From assembly GCA_050949565.1 (NCBI GenBank), contig JBMNFY010000017.1, positions 1,792,001 to 1,856,000 of the forward strand: a DNA stretch of 64,000 nucleotides, written 5' to 3'. The stretch is from Kiritimatiellia bacterium (lineage in GTDB: Bacteria > Verrucomicrobiota > Kiritimatiellia > RFP12 > UBA1067). Positions 18,884-28,611 of the stretch are shown here, in pieces. The notes under the pieces were generated by a model. That model ran no database searches. It was not told the origin of the DNA and worked only from the letters and a program-made list of their open reading frames with translations. The position numbers and the translations under genes are program-made. Numbering within the stretch: position 1 is the stretch's first letter; each line of letters starts with the position of its first letter.

Positions 18884-21670
18884 TTGGGATTTAGGATTTG
18901 GGATTTGGGATTTTCGGCTCGCGAAGCACTGGGAGGGACGAGCGTCTGCTCGTCCGGCAGCGGTCACGCCGTCACTGCCGATCCTGCGGGTACTGCGGGT
19001 GAGGGCGGTGTGGCACGGGCATCTTGCCCGTGGGCGCGGACGGCGACGCGTGCGCTGCTCACTCTCCTGCTGACGGCTGCTGGTCATGTAACGGCGACCA
19101 CCGATCCGGTCACCGTCACCTTTCTGCAGGGCTACGATCCCGATCTGCCGGAAAGCCCTATTACGCGCCAGATTCTCTCTCTCGCACGCGAGGAGCCGCG
19201 CCTCAATCCTCAGAAGTGGGGCGGATTGAGTCTGCCCGGTGCCGGTGGCCGTGCCCCGTTCATGCTTTCGCTCGCTGGTGGCACTGCGCCGGACATCTAC
19301 TTCTGCTGGTTCCACATCATCCGACACGACATCGAGCAGGGCTTCTGTTACCCACTCAACGAGTGGCTCGGTGACGATACCGATGGCGACGGCCAGATCA
19401 GCGACGCCGAGGCGCGCTGGCCCGGCTGGCGGCACGTGCCGCCGCTCTGGCGTCAGGTCGCCACGCGCGACGGCAAGGTCTACGGCCTGCCGATGGCCGG
19501 TATCTGGTATTACGGCATCGTCTACCGCAAAGACTTGGTGCGGCAAGCTGGGGTCGATCCCGAATACATCCCCGCAACCTGGGACGAGTTTTTCCGCTGG
19601 TGCCAGCGTCTCACCTTCCCGGGCAAGCAAGTGGCTGGTGCCAAGGTGCAGCGCGGTCAACGCGCCTTCGGTCTTGAGAACCGGCCGTGGAGCTGGTTGC
19701 CGTGGATGCAGGCTGCGGGCGGCTCGCCGATCGTCTCCGTGCGCATCTCGCCTACCACGGGACGCAGTCACCGTTTCGCCATGGAGGAGACACGCTTCGT
19801 CGTGTCCGAAACCGGCGAAGACCTATCGGAAGTAGCAGCCGTCTGGCAGGCGAATTTCGACTCGCCCGAAGCCATCGAAGCGGCAGCCTTCACTCACCGT
19901 TTGGCCTGGGCCCCCTGGTTACGCGACCCGCAGAGCGGCGAACCGGTTGATCTCACGCCCGACGATTTGGCCGCCGGGCGCGTGACATTGGCCGACGGAC
20001 GCGAGGTCGCCTTTGCCGAAAGCGACGTGATCAAGGGCGTGGCGCGCGCGTTGCCGCGCCTGACGCAAGACCTGCCGCAGCTCTTCGCGCAAGGCGAGGT
20101 GGTGGCGCTCTTCTCCGGTGCCGAGTTGGTCGAGCAGCTCACGCGCGACCTCAACCTGCCGCCCGACATGGTCGGCATCATGCCCTTTCCCGCCGCGCGG
20201 CCGGGAATGAAGCCGGTCTTTCAGGCACACAAGCACTTCTACAGCATGACCGAGGGCGTGGGACGCCGCTCCAAAGCCGAGCGCGATCTGGTGTGGCGCT
20301 GCATCGAACAACTCGCCAGCGAGGCGGTCAACGACGAGACGGTCAAACAGAAGGTACTGGAAGGCCACGCGCGCTGGTGTACGCCTGCCGACCTCGAACG
20401 TCTGGGCTTTACCGAGTATCTGGACGAAGTACCGCCCGGCATCCGGCGCAATTATGAGCGTATCGCCAACGGTGAGATTCTGGCGCGCACCGAACCCTTC
20501 GCCGGCTTCTGGCAGGCGGTGTCGGACCTGATCGACCGCCGCCTGCTCGGCGTGCTGCTGGCCGACACCGGCGAGAACTTCGACTACGCCGCCGCGCTGC
20601 GGAGCATCAATGACGACGCCAACCGCGGACTGATGTTCCGCGCACCCGAGGAGGTGCTCGCGCGCCAACGTCCGCTCGCCCGCGTACTCCTCGGCATCGT
20701 TGCGATCACCGCGCTCATCTGTTTCGGCTTGGCCTTCAAGCGGAAGTCCGGCGTTGCCGGGACTGCCGGGGCACCCGTCTCCCGTCTCCCGTTCCCCGCT
20801 TCCCTGTCTCCGTGGCTGATGCTCGCGCCCGCGCTGCTCTCGATTGCACTCTGGAGTTACTATCCCCTGATCCGCGGCGCGGTCATGGCTTTTCAGGAGT
20901 ACCGCATCGTGGGCGAGACCACATGGGCCGGGCTCGACAATTTCATTCTTGTAGCCACCGACAAGGGCTTCTGGGCCGCGTGGGGACGCACCTTTCAGTA
21001 TGTGGGTTTGACGTTGCTGCTGGGCTTTCTCACGCCGGTGCTGTTGGCGTTGATGCTGTCCGAAATCCCGCGCGGCAAAATCTTTTACCGCACGCTCTAC
21101 TTCCTGCCGCACCTCACCAGCGCACTGGTGATCGCGTTGCTCTGGAAGCTGATGTACGACCCGACCGAGAATGGCATGTTGAATCAGATCCTCGGGTTTT
21201 TCGGCGTGGCGCGGCAGACCTGGTTGCAGGATCCCTCACTGGCGATGCTCTGCTGCATCTTGCCGGGTGTGTGGGCCGGTGCGGGCATGGCCAGTCTGAT
21301 CTACGTGGCGGCGTTGCAGGCGCTGCCGCCCGACTACTATGAGGCGGCGGCCATCGACGGCGCCGGCATTCTGAGCCGCTTCCGCCACATCACCTATCCG
21401 CAACTGCTACCGTTGATGGTGATCAACTTCGTCGGCGCGTTCATCGCCGCATTCCAAGGGATGGGCAGCATCTTCCTGCTGACCTTCGGTGGTCCCGGCG
21501 ATGCCACCAACGTGCTGAGTCTCGCGATCTGGAAAGAGGCCTACAACAACCTGCGCTTCAGTACCGCCACCACGATGGCGTGGTTCCTCGGTGTCGCACT
21601 GATCGGCTTCACCTACCTCCAGATCCGCATCCTGCGCAAGGTCGAGTTCCGGCGCGTCAGCACCAACTGA
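18884..21670 (+). CDS. Fused sugar ABC solute-binding protein and permease (true start uncertain)
   Basis: SBP motifs AGGTAPDI, YGLP, IVYRKDL and PATWDE; permease EAA motif YYEAAAIDGAG. Confidence 0.85.
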   Translation: MGFRIWDLGFSAREALGGTSVCSSGSGHAVTADPAGTAGEGGVARASCPWARTATRALLTLLLTAAGHVTATTDPVTVTFLQGYDPDLPESPITRQILSLAREEPRLNPQKWGGLSLPGAGGRAPFMLSLAGGTAPDIYFCWFHIIRHDIEQGFCYPLNEWLGDDTDGDGQISDAEARWPGWRHVPPLWRQVATRDGKVYGLPMAGIWYYGIVYRKDLVRQAGVDPEYIPATWDEFFRWCQRLTFPGKQVAGAKVQRGQRAFGLENRPWSWLPWMQAAGGSPIVSVRISPTTGRSHRFAMEETRFVVSETGEDLSEVAAVWQANFDSPEAIEAAAFTHRLAWAPWLRDPQSGEPVDLTPDDLAAGRVTLADGREVAFAESDVIKGVARALPRLTQDLPQLFAQGEVVALFSGAELVEQLTRDLNLPPDMVGIMPFPAARPGMKPVFQAHKHFYSMTEGVGRRSKAERDLVWRCIEQLASEAVNDETVKQKVLEGHARWCTPADLERLGFTEYLDEVPPGIRRNYERIANGEILARTEPFAGFWQAVSDLIDRRLLGVLLADTGENFDYAAALRSINDDANRGLMFRAPEEVLARQRPLARVLLGIVAITALICFGLAFKRKSGVAGTAGAPVSRLPFPASLSPWLMLAPALLSIALWSYYPLIRGAVMAFQEYRIVGETTWAGLDNFILVATDKGFWAAWGRTFQYVGLTLLLGFLTPVLLALMLSEIPRGKIFYRTLYFLPHLTSALVIALLWKLMYDPTENGMLNQILGFFGVARQTWLQDPSLAMLCCILPGVWAGAGMASLIYVAALQALPPDYYEAAAIDGAGILSRFRHITYPQLLPLMVINFVGAFIAAFQGMGSIFLLTFGGPGDATNVLSLAIWKEAYNNLRFSTATTMAWFLGVALIGFTYLQIRILRKVEFRRVSTN

Positions 21671-21680
21671 ATAATTCGGC

Positions 21681-21936
21681 GTATCGGTTAGCGACAGGGG
21701 GAAGAGTTATCGTATACGGGTATGTGAACGAGTACGTGCACGGGGTATGGCCAACGTCCACGTTCTCCAAATCGGTATCGCTATCGGGTTCGAAATCGAC
21801 TATTGCGCCCACGCGGTGGCTCGCAGCGACAAGTGTAATGATGGCGGCGATCCCGATCCCGATGGCGATAGCGATGGCGCCGCAATGGAACCCTGAAACG
21901 CACGATCATCGCACTCCCCTGTCACTAACCGATTAC
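21681..21936. mobile_element. MITE-like element with ~20-bp terminal inverted repeats
   Basis: Left gtatcggttagcgacagggg versus right cccctgtcactaaccgattac; right 170 bp match 10599-10781. Confidence 0.75.
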
Positions 21937-22031
21937 CGTTCGAGTCACACTCTCTCTAGCCGATAGTTGCCAGGTGTGGTATCCTAGTGCACATGTTTGC
22001 TTATGGAACTCACTGATATAGGAGGAAAAAC

Positions 22032-22286
22032 ATGAGTGTGAAGCAGTTGTTCTTGGTGTCTCTGGCCGCATGTGTGGCAAGCCTGATCACAGGCTGTGGA
22101 ACGCTGGAAGGTCACGAAGGTGCGGCGGTTGGCGCTGCGGCTGGCGCGACCGGCGGCGCGTTGATCGGTGCGGCTGCGGCCGGTAGCGGTAATCGCGCCA
22201 CTGGCGCAGTGATTGGCGGTGCGGTCGGTGGCGTTGCGGGCGGCGTCGCGGGCGATCAACTGTACGACAAGAAAAAAGATAAATAG
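22032..22286 (+). CDS. Glycine-zipper lipoprotein
   Basis: Lipobox LITGC, GAxxGAxxG repeats, GGAGG RBS. Confidence 0.85.
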   Translation: MSVKQLFLVSLAACVASLITGCGTLEGHEGAAVGAAAGATGGALIGAAAAGSGNRATGAVIGGAVGGVAGGVAGDQLYDKKKDK

Positions 22287-22298
22287 CGGCATCCGCGC

Positions 22299-23060
22299 AT
22301 GGATTGCCCAAGTCCGTTGCGCGCGCACGATGAGAGTTTTTGCGTGCGTGCGTATGAGTCCGGCGTGAACAATCAGGTCACGTTACCGGCTCTTTGTAAC
22401 TATTTACAGGAAGCGGCTGGCAACCATGCGCGTGCGTTGGGGCTCGGTATCCACGAATTGCAGGACGCAGGTTTTACGTGGATGCTCGCGCGGCTACACC
22501 TTGTGATCCGTCGCTATGCCGCATGGCGCGAAACGGTACACCTGCGTACGTGGCCGTCCGGCGTGCGCGGTCGGTTGACGGCATTGCGCGATTTCTGCAT
22601 GACGGACAGCGCGGGCGAAACCGTGTTGTTGGGCGTCAGTGAATGGCTCTATGTGGATCTGGCCGCCCAGCGGATCGCGCGTCTGCCGCAGGCCTTCGCG
22701 GCGCTCACGCCGGAGGGTACGCCGCGGGCGCCCATTCCCGAACCTCCCACGAAACTGCCGGATATCACGGAGCCTGAGTGGTCGGCTGTCGTGACGGTGC
22801 GCCACAGTGACCATGACTTCAATGACCACGTCAACAACGCGCATTATGTGGAATGGGCGCTGGAGTGCCTGCCGGATGCATGGCGCGAACAGCGTCGCGT
22901 GCGCGAGATGGATATCGCATTCCGTGTGGCCGCGCATCGAGGCGACACGGTGATTACCGAAGCCGCGCACGACGCGGTGGACGGCGACGCGCTGCTCCAT
23001 CGCATCCGGCGCGACTCAGACGGCGCACTGCTGGCGCAGGCCCGCACCGTCTGGGACTAA
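22299..23060 (+). CDS. Acyl-ACP thioesterase (FatA/B-like)
   Basis: YLQEAAGNHA, LRTWP and DFNDHVNNAHY motifs. Confidence 0.9.
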   Translation: MDCPSPLRAHDESFCVRAYESGVNNQVTLPALCNYLQEAAGNHARALGLGIHELQDAGFTWMLARLHLVIRRYAAWRETVHLRTWPSGVRGRLTALRDFCMTDSAGETVLLGVSEWLYVDLAAQRIARLPQAFAALTPEGTPRAPIPEPPTKLPDITEPEWSAVVTVRHSDHDFNDHVNNAHYVEWALECLPDAWREQRRVREMDIAFRVAAHRGDTVITEAAHDAVDGDALLHRIRRDSDGALLAQARTVWD

Positions 23061-23125
23061 CCCCCTTTTTTGAGGCGGCTGGTTCTTGCGGCCGGTCGCA
23101 CGGATTGAGCACAAGGAGAAATGAC

Positions 23126-24487
23126 ATGAAGCGAATGATGATCCCGTTCCTGATGGCGGCGCTTTCGGCTTGCGCCCTGTTTGCACAACAGCTTTCAACC
23201 ACCCCGACGCCGCGTGACGCCGGTTGGATCAAGCGTGTCGAACGCGACGCCGCCCAAGCGCGTAAAGGCGGCTGGGATGTCGTCTTTATCGGCGACTCGA
23301 TTACCGATTTCTGGCAGAGCCACGGCAAGGCCGAATGGGCCAAGGCATTCGCGCCGTTCAAGGCGCTGAACCTCGGCATCAGTGCTGACCGCACGGAGCA
23401 TGTGTTGTGGCGTCTCGACAACGGCCAGCTTGAGAACAACCAACCCAAGCTCTTCGTGGTCATGATCGGCACCAATAACACCGGCCACCGTCCGGCGGAC
23501 AAGGAGAGCACCGCCGACACCGTCGCCGGCATCAAGGCGATCCTTGATCGGCTGGCGCAGAAGGCGCCGAATTCCAAGGTGCTGTTGCACGCCATCTTCC
23601 CGCGTGGTGCCACGCCGCAAGACGCTTACCGTCAGCGAAACGAAGCGATCAACGCCGAGATCCAGAAGTTCGCTGATAACAAACGCGTCTTCTGGATGAA
23701 CATCAACGACAAGTTTCTTCAGTCCGATGGCACGCTCTCCAAAGAGGTCATGCCCGACCTGTTGCACCCGAACGCCAAAGGCTATGCGATCTGGGCCGAG
23801 GCGATCCTGCCGTTCATCCAGAAGAGCGTCAAGACTTCGGTCACGCCCGACCACCGCATGGATCAGGCGTGGTGGAAGCAGCGTTTTGAACAGAAGGTGG
23901 CACTCGCCAAACAGGGCGGCTGGGATGTCGTTTTCTTAGGCGACTCCATCACCCACGGCTGGGAGGGGGCCGGCCGAAAGGTTTGGGACGAACATTTCGG
24001 CGCGTACAAGGCGTTGAATTTGGGCTACGGCGGCGACCGCACTGAGCATGTGTTGTGGCGGCTTGAGAATGGCGAGTTGGACGGTTACCAACCCAAACTG
24101 CTGATCCTGATGATCGGCACCAATAACACCGGCCACCGCCCGGCTGTGCAGGAAACACCGCAGGATACCGCCGATGGCATCAAGGCGATTCTTGAGTTGA
24201 TTGCCCGTAAATCACCGTCCACCAAGGTGTTGCTGCTTGGCATCTTCCCGCGTGGTGCCGGACCGTCCGACGCAGCGCGCATACGCAACAGTCAGGTCAA
24301 CGACCTCATCAAGGCGTATGCCGACGGTACGCGCGTTACCTACATGGATCTCGGTCCGCAGATGCTGGAGTCGGACGGTACGCTTTCTCGGGAGATGATG
24401 CCGGACTTGCTTCACCCCAAAGAGAAAGGCTATGGTATCTGGGCGCGGGCCGTGTTGCCCGTGATCAAAGAGACGCTGGGGAAATGA
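23126..24487 (+). CDS. Secreted tandem SGNH/GDSL hydrolase (two domains)
   Basis: AAGGAG RBS; two copies each of GDSIT, MIGTNN and MPDLLHP. Confidence 0.9.
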   Translation: MKRMMIPFLMAALSACALFAQQLSTTPTPRDAGWIKRVERDAAQARKGGWDVVFIGDSITDFWQSHGKAEWAKAFAPFKALNLGISADRTEHVLWRLDNGQLENNQPKLFVVMIGTNNTGHRPADKESTADTVAGIKAILDRLAQKAPNSKVLLHAIFPRGATPQDAYRQRNEAINAEIQKFADNKRVFWMNINDKFLQSDGTLSKEVMPDLLHPNAKGYAIWAEAILPFIQKSVKTSVTPDHRMDQAWWKQRFEQKVALAKQGGWDVVFLGDSITHGWEGAGRKVWDEHFGAYKALNLGYGGDRTEHVLWRLENGELDGYQPKLLILMIGTNNTGHRPAVQETPQDTADGIKAILELIARKSPSTKVLLLGIFPRGAGPSDAARIRNSQVNDLIKAYADGTRVTYMDLGPQMLESDGTLSREMMPDLLHPKEKGYGIWARAVLPVIKETLGK

Positions 24488-24528
24488 CGCGCGACACGCG
24501 GTACAAACGGGCAGATGGATAAGTATTT

Positions 24529-26196
24529 ATGACACTTCGATCCTTACTCGATGATGCGGCAGCACGCGACCCGCGCGCGGTCGCGCTCCGTTATCGTCGT
24601 GATAATGCTTGGCAACGCCGTTCGTACGCCGAATTGGTTGAAGGCGTCGGTCAAATGGCCGAAGCCTTCAGCCGTTTCGATCTCAAACCGGGCAGTGAGC
24701 CGGTTGCGATCATTCTGGACAACGGGCCGGAGTGGATTGAAATCTATCTCGCAAATGCCGCCACCGGCGTGGCGGTCGTGCCGCTCGATCCCAAACTGCG
24801 CGCCAGCGAAGTGACCTATATCCTGAACGATTCTGAAGCCGTCGCGGTCTTTACCGATACGCGCCACTTAGCCCTTTTGGAGAACATTCTGCCCGATCTT
24901 CCCACTGTCCGTGCAATCGTCGTTACCGATGGCGGCAGCGAGCCGCTGGCCCCCATCGCCGGCCGTCCCTGTTACGACTACGAGACCTTGCGTGAGAGCG
25001 TACGCGGGCAACCGCCGGCCTGGTATGCCTCCCACATCCCCGCGCCACAGGATGTCGCCTCGATCATCTATACCTCGGGCACGACCGGCAAGCCCAAGGG
25101 CGCGATGCTCACCCACCTCAACTTCTGCAGCGATGCGCTCGGCAGTCTCGAGGCTATCAGCGACATCGTCACGTCCAAGGATGATTTCTTGGTTGTGTTG
25201 CCGCTCTTCCACGCCTTCTCATTCACGGCCAATTTCGTGGTGCCGCTGGTAAAAGGCTGCGGCATGTACTTCGTCGAAAGCCTGCGCACCATCGGCGACG
25301 ACATCAAGACGCTGCGCCCCTCGGTTTTCATCGCCGTGCCGCTGCTGGCGGAAAAGTTGTTCGACAAGATTGATGACAAGATCAAGCGCAGCGTCGTCGC
25401 CCGATGTCTGGTAAAGGTCGGCCTCGGTCGGCTAGTCGGCAAGAAGGTGCTCAGAAGCCTCGGAGGGCGGCTGCGTTTCCTGATTGTCGGCGGCGCACCG
25501 TGCCCGCTCCACGTGCTGGAGGGATTCAGCAGGCTGGGCGTACCGATTGTCGAAGGCTATGGCCTGACCGAGTGTTCGCCGGTCGTCTCCATCACCAACA
25601 TCCGTCAAGCGCGCATCGGCACTATCGGCAAAAAGTTGCCGAATATCGAAATCCGGCTGGCGGATGCCGACGAGATGGGCGTCGGCGAGCTGCAGGTCCG
25701 CGGTCCGATCGTCATGAAAGGGTACCTCAAAAACATTGCCGCCACCCGCGAGGCCTTTGACGGCGAATGGTTGCGTACCGGAGACCTTGCCTCGATAGAT
25801 GCAGATGGTTTCCTCACCATCCGTGGCCGCAAAAAAGCGCTTATCGTCAATCGCGAGGGGAAAAACATCTACCCCGAAGAGGTCGAAAACGTTATCGCGC
25901 GCGACCCGTTGATTGCGGATGTCATTGTGCTTGGTTATACCGTTGGCCAAGTGCCCGGTGAACGTGTGGGTACCATCATCTCGCCCGATTGGGAGGCTCT
26001 CGCCGCTGCCCACAACGGCACGGAGCCGCCGCTGCAGGAGGTCGAGGTCCTTGTCCGTGAGCGCGTCCGCAAGCAGTGCGCAAGCCTTGCGGATTACAAG
26101 CACCCGCGTAAGATCATCGTGCAGCGCGAGCCGCTAGAGCGGACCTCCATTCAGAAGGTGCGTCGCTGCGCCTATCAGGACAAGCTCAACGAGTGA
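24529..26196 (+). CDS. Long-chain acyl-CoA synthetase
   Basis: IYTSGTTGKPKG, GYGLTE and TGDL motifs. Confidence 0.9.
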   Translation: MTLRSLLDDAAARDPRAVALRYRRDNAWQRRSYAELVEGVGQMAEAFSRFDLKPGSEPVAIILDNGPEWIEIYLANAATGVAVVPLDPKLRASEVTYILNDSEAVAVFTDTRHLALLENILPDLPTVRAIVVTDGGSEPLAPIAGRPCYDYETLRESVRGQPPAWYASHIPAPQDVASIIYTSGTTGKPKGAMLTHLNFCSDALGSLEAISDIVTSKDDFLVVLPLFHAFSFTANFVVPLVKGCGMYFVESLRTIGDDIKTLRPSVFIAVPLLAEKLFDKIDDKIKRSVVARCLVKVGLGRLVGKKVLRSLGGRLRFLIVGGAPCPLHVLEGFSRLGVPIVEGYGLTECSPVVSITNIRQARIGTIGKKLPNIEIRLADADEMGVGELQVRGPIVMKGYLKNIAATREAFDGEWLRTGDLASIDADGFLTIRGRKKALIVNREGKNIYPEEVENVIARDPLIADVIVLGYTVGQVPGERVGTIISPDWEALAAAHNGTEPPLQEVEVLVRERVRKQCASLADYKHPRKIIVQREPLERTSIQKVRRCAYQDKLNE

Positions 26197-26205
26197 GCAC
26201 GGCGC

Positions 26206-28092
26206 TCATTCGCTCTTGAACCATTCGCGCAGCAAACGGCCGATGATCTGACAGCCGCGCTCGTTGGCGTGGACGGCGTCGCCCATGAACCAGCCATAGC
26301 ATTTGCCGCTCTCCTGGATGTAGCTCCACCAAGGGCCGGTCATATCGAAAAACGCGCAGCGCTCTTCGGCGGCCACCTTCATCAGGTTGTGCCGGAAATT
26401 GTTGGTCGATGTATCGATCTCACGCGTGAAGCTCTTGATGTGTTCGTCGCGCATAGCGCCGAAGACCGGCGTCAACAGCAGGAACTCGGTGTCGGGGCGT
26501 GCAGCGCGGACCTGCCGCACCACGTCGCGTATGGCCTCGGCGTCGCCGCGATTGGAGATGCCGCCGATCAACACGAGGTCGGGCTCGTGACGTAGCACAT
26601 ACTCCTGCACGCGGTTCTCTTCGCGGTAGTAGGTGCAGCCGGTGGAACTGCGCAGTGACGCGATCTTGATGATCTTCGCGCTGGGATAGTCGCGCATCAG
26701 CAGCAGTTCGAAAGAGGAGGCGGAGGTGTTGCCCATGATGCTGTCGCCAAGCAACACCATGCGCAATGTGCCGCCGCCGCGCAGGGTGGCGAGAGTTTTG
26801 GGCAGATGCTCGAAACGCTTCGGCGGCGGTGTGTAGGTGATCGGGTCCATCGCAGCGTAGATGGCGTCGATGCGCTGCAGCGTGTTCAAACCGGCGAAGG
26901 CATCCTTGACCGTGCCGTTGAGCAGGAAGCCGCCGATGCGCGCAATGCCGGGCGAAGCGGTCTTGAGTGTCAGCGTGTGCTCGGCATTACGGTCGAGACC
27001 GCTGGCCAGCGCGATTGGGCGCATGGCGGGTGCCGTCGCGTCCCGAGGCGACGCGAGTGTCTGAAACGGAGCGCCGTCCACGGCATAGGCCAGCGCCGCT
27101 CCGTCTGGCGCGGCCACGTCGATCAGGCCGATCTCCGAGCCTTTGAAGGCGAGCGTCAAGGTGTCGCCGACGCGCTCCGAAACCAGCACGTGGCGGAACG
27201 GCGGCACTGGACTGGTCTGCCCCGGCCGCCAAGAACCTTCGCGTTGCACCGCCGGATGTTCATAGGCCACGATGCGTCCGTTGTCATCGCTTTCCGCAAA
27301 GAGCGGCGCGGGCAACTTGACGGGCGTCGGTTTTTCGGGAACCGTCTTGGCCGCGATCAATGCGTCGACGAACGCCGTGACAGCCTCGGCATAGAGCCGC
27401 GCGCCGGCGTCGGTAGGGCGGATGCCATCGGTGGAGAAAGCCTCGAAACTGATTTGACCGGCCTTGATCTTGTCGGCGGCATAGCGTGCGAGGTTCAGGC
27501 TGGGCACGTCGTAGTGGTCGGCGAGTTGCTCACAGATGCGGATATACTCCGGAACACGGTCGGCACGATAATCGGCGAGCAGTTCGGGGGTCAGGGTGTA
27601 GACGAGGATCCGGCTGTGGGTGGCGCGGTAGAGCGTGATCTGGCGCAGCAGACCTTCGAGCGCGAGCGCGGCCTGCGCGGGCTTCGTCTCTCGGTCACCC
27701 GCTGCGAAATCGAGAATCGCCAGATGGCCGCTGCAGATCACCTCACCGAAGACCGCTTGCCCGCGGCTACAGCGGTAAAGGCCGAACCAGCTTCCACCGG
27801 GCTGCATGTGACGCGTCTCGATTGGGTTGGCGTTAGGGTAGTGGCGTTTGAAGGCTTGCGTCATCTGTGTCGAGTAACGCAGGCTCTGATCCTTAAGACC
27901 CGCGCCCGACAAAACCTCATTGCCGATGAAAAAGAGATACTGGTTGCCGACCTTGTCATTCTTGAAAAAGTACTGGCTGTTAGGAATGCCGCCGCGTATC
28001 TTGAAATAGTCCGCCGCCTCCACCCCGCCGCACATACCCAGCAGACATCCCGCTACACACATGCGTATCAACTTCATCATTCTGTCGTTCAT
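26206..28092 (-). CDS. Secreted two-module SGNH/GDSL-like hydrolase
   Basis: Degenerate N-terminal SGNH module (IGNEV, DGIRP); C-terminal LGDSI and DAVHAN. Confidence 0.75.
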   Translation of the reverse strand: MNDRMMKLIRMCVAGCLLGMCGGVEAADYFKIRGGIPNSQYFFKNDKVGNQYLFFIGNEVLSGAGLKDQSLRYSTQMTQAFKRHYPNANPIETRHMQPGGSWFGLYRCSRGQAVFGEVICSGHLAILDFAAGDRETKPAQAALALEGLLRQITLYRATHSRILVYTLTPELLADYRADRVPEYIRICEQLADHYDVPSLNLARYAADKIKAGQISFEAFSTDGIRPTDAGARLYAEAVTAFVDALIAAKTVPEKPTPVKLPAPLFAESDDNGRIVAYEHPAVQREGSWRPGQTSPVPPFRHVLVSERVGDTLTLAFKGSEIGLIDVAAPDGAALAYAVDGAPFQTLASPRDATAPAMRPIALASGLDRNAEHTLTLKTASPGIARIGGFLLNGTVKDAFAGLNTLQRIDAIYAAMDPITYTPPPKRFEHLPKTLATLRGGGTLRMVLLGDSIMGNTSASSFELLLMRDYPSAKIIKIASLRSSTGCTYYREENRVQEYVLRHEPDLVLIGGISNRGDAEAIRDVVRQVRAARPDTEFLLLTPVFGAMRDEHIKSFTREIDTSTNNFRHNLMKVAAEERCAFFDMTGPWWSYIQESGKCYGWFMGDAVHANERGCQIIGRLLREWFKSE

Positions 28093-28158
28093 ACTCCTTC
28101 CTCCAAACCTTTTCGCACAATTCGCGGTTAAAACCAAATCTCGGCTCCCCGTTATTAG

Positions 28159-28611
28159 TTATTCACTATTCGTTATTAACTCAACCGTGACCGGCCCGTC
28201 GTTGAGTAGGCGCACTTTCATCTCCGCGCCGAAGACGCCGGTGCCGACGCGTGACGCGCCGAGTGCGTCGCGCAGGTGGCGCACGAGTGCTTCGTAGAGC
28301 GGCTCGGCATGCTCTGGACGCGCCGCCGCCACGAAACTGGGGCGGTTGCCTTTGTGTGTATCCGCATACAGCGTGAACTGCGAGACCACGAGAACCGAAC
28401 CGCCGATGTCCTGAACGGAGCGATTCATCAATCCCGCTTCATCCTCGAAGATCCGCAGCGCGGGAATCTTGCGTCCCAGCCACGCCACGTCGTCCATGCC
28501 GTCGCTGTGTGTGATGCCGAGCAACACCAACAGCCCTTGGCCGATTTCTGCCACACGCTGTCCATCCACTTCGACGGACGCCTCGGAAACACGCTGGATC
28601 AATGCTTTCAT
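28159..28611 (-). CDS. dtd: D-aminoacyl-tRNA deacylase
   Basis: QRV, SQFTL and NDGPVT motifs. Confidence 0.95.
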   Translation of the reverse strand: MKALIQRVSEASVEVDGQRVAEIGQGLLVLLGITHSDGMDDVAWLGRKIPALRIFEDEAGLMNRSVQDIGGSVLVVSQFTLYADTHKGNRPSFVAAARPEHAEPLYEALVRHLRDALGASRVGTGVFGAEMKVRLLNDGPVTVELITNSE

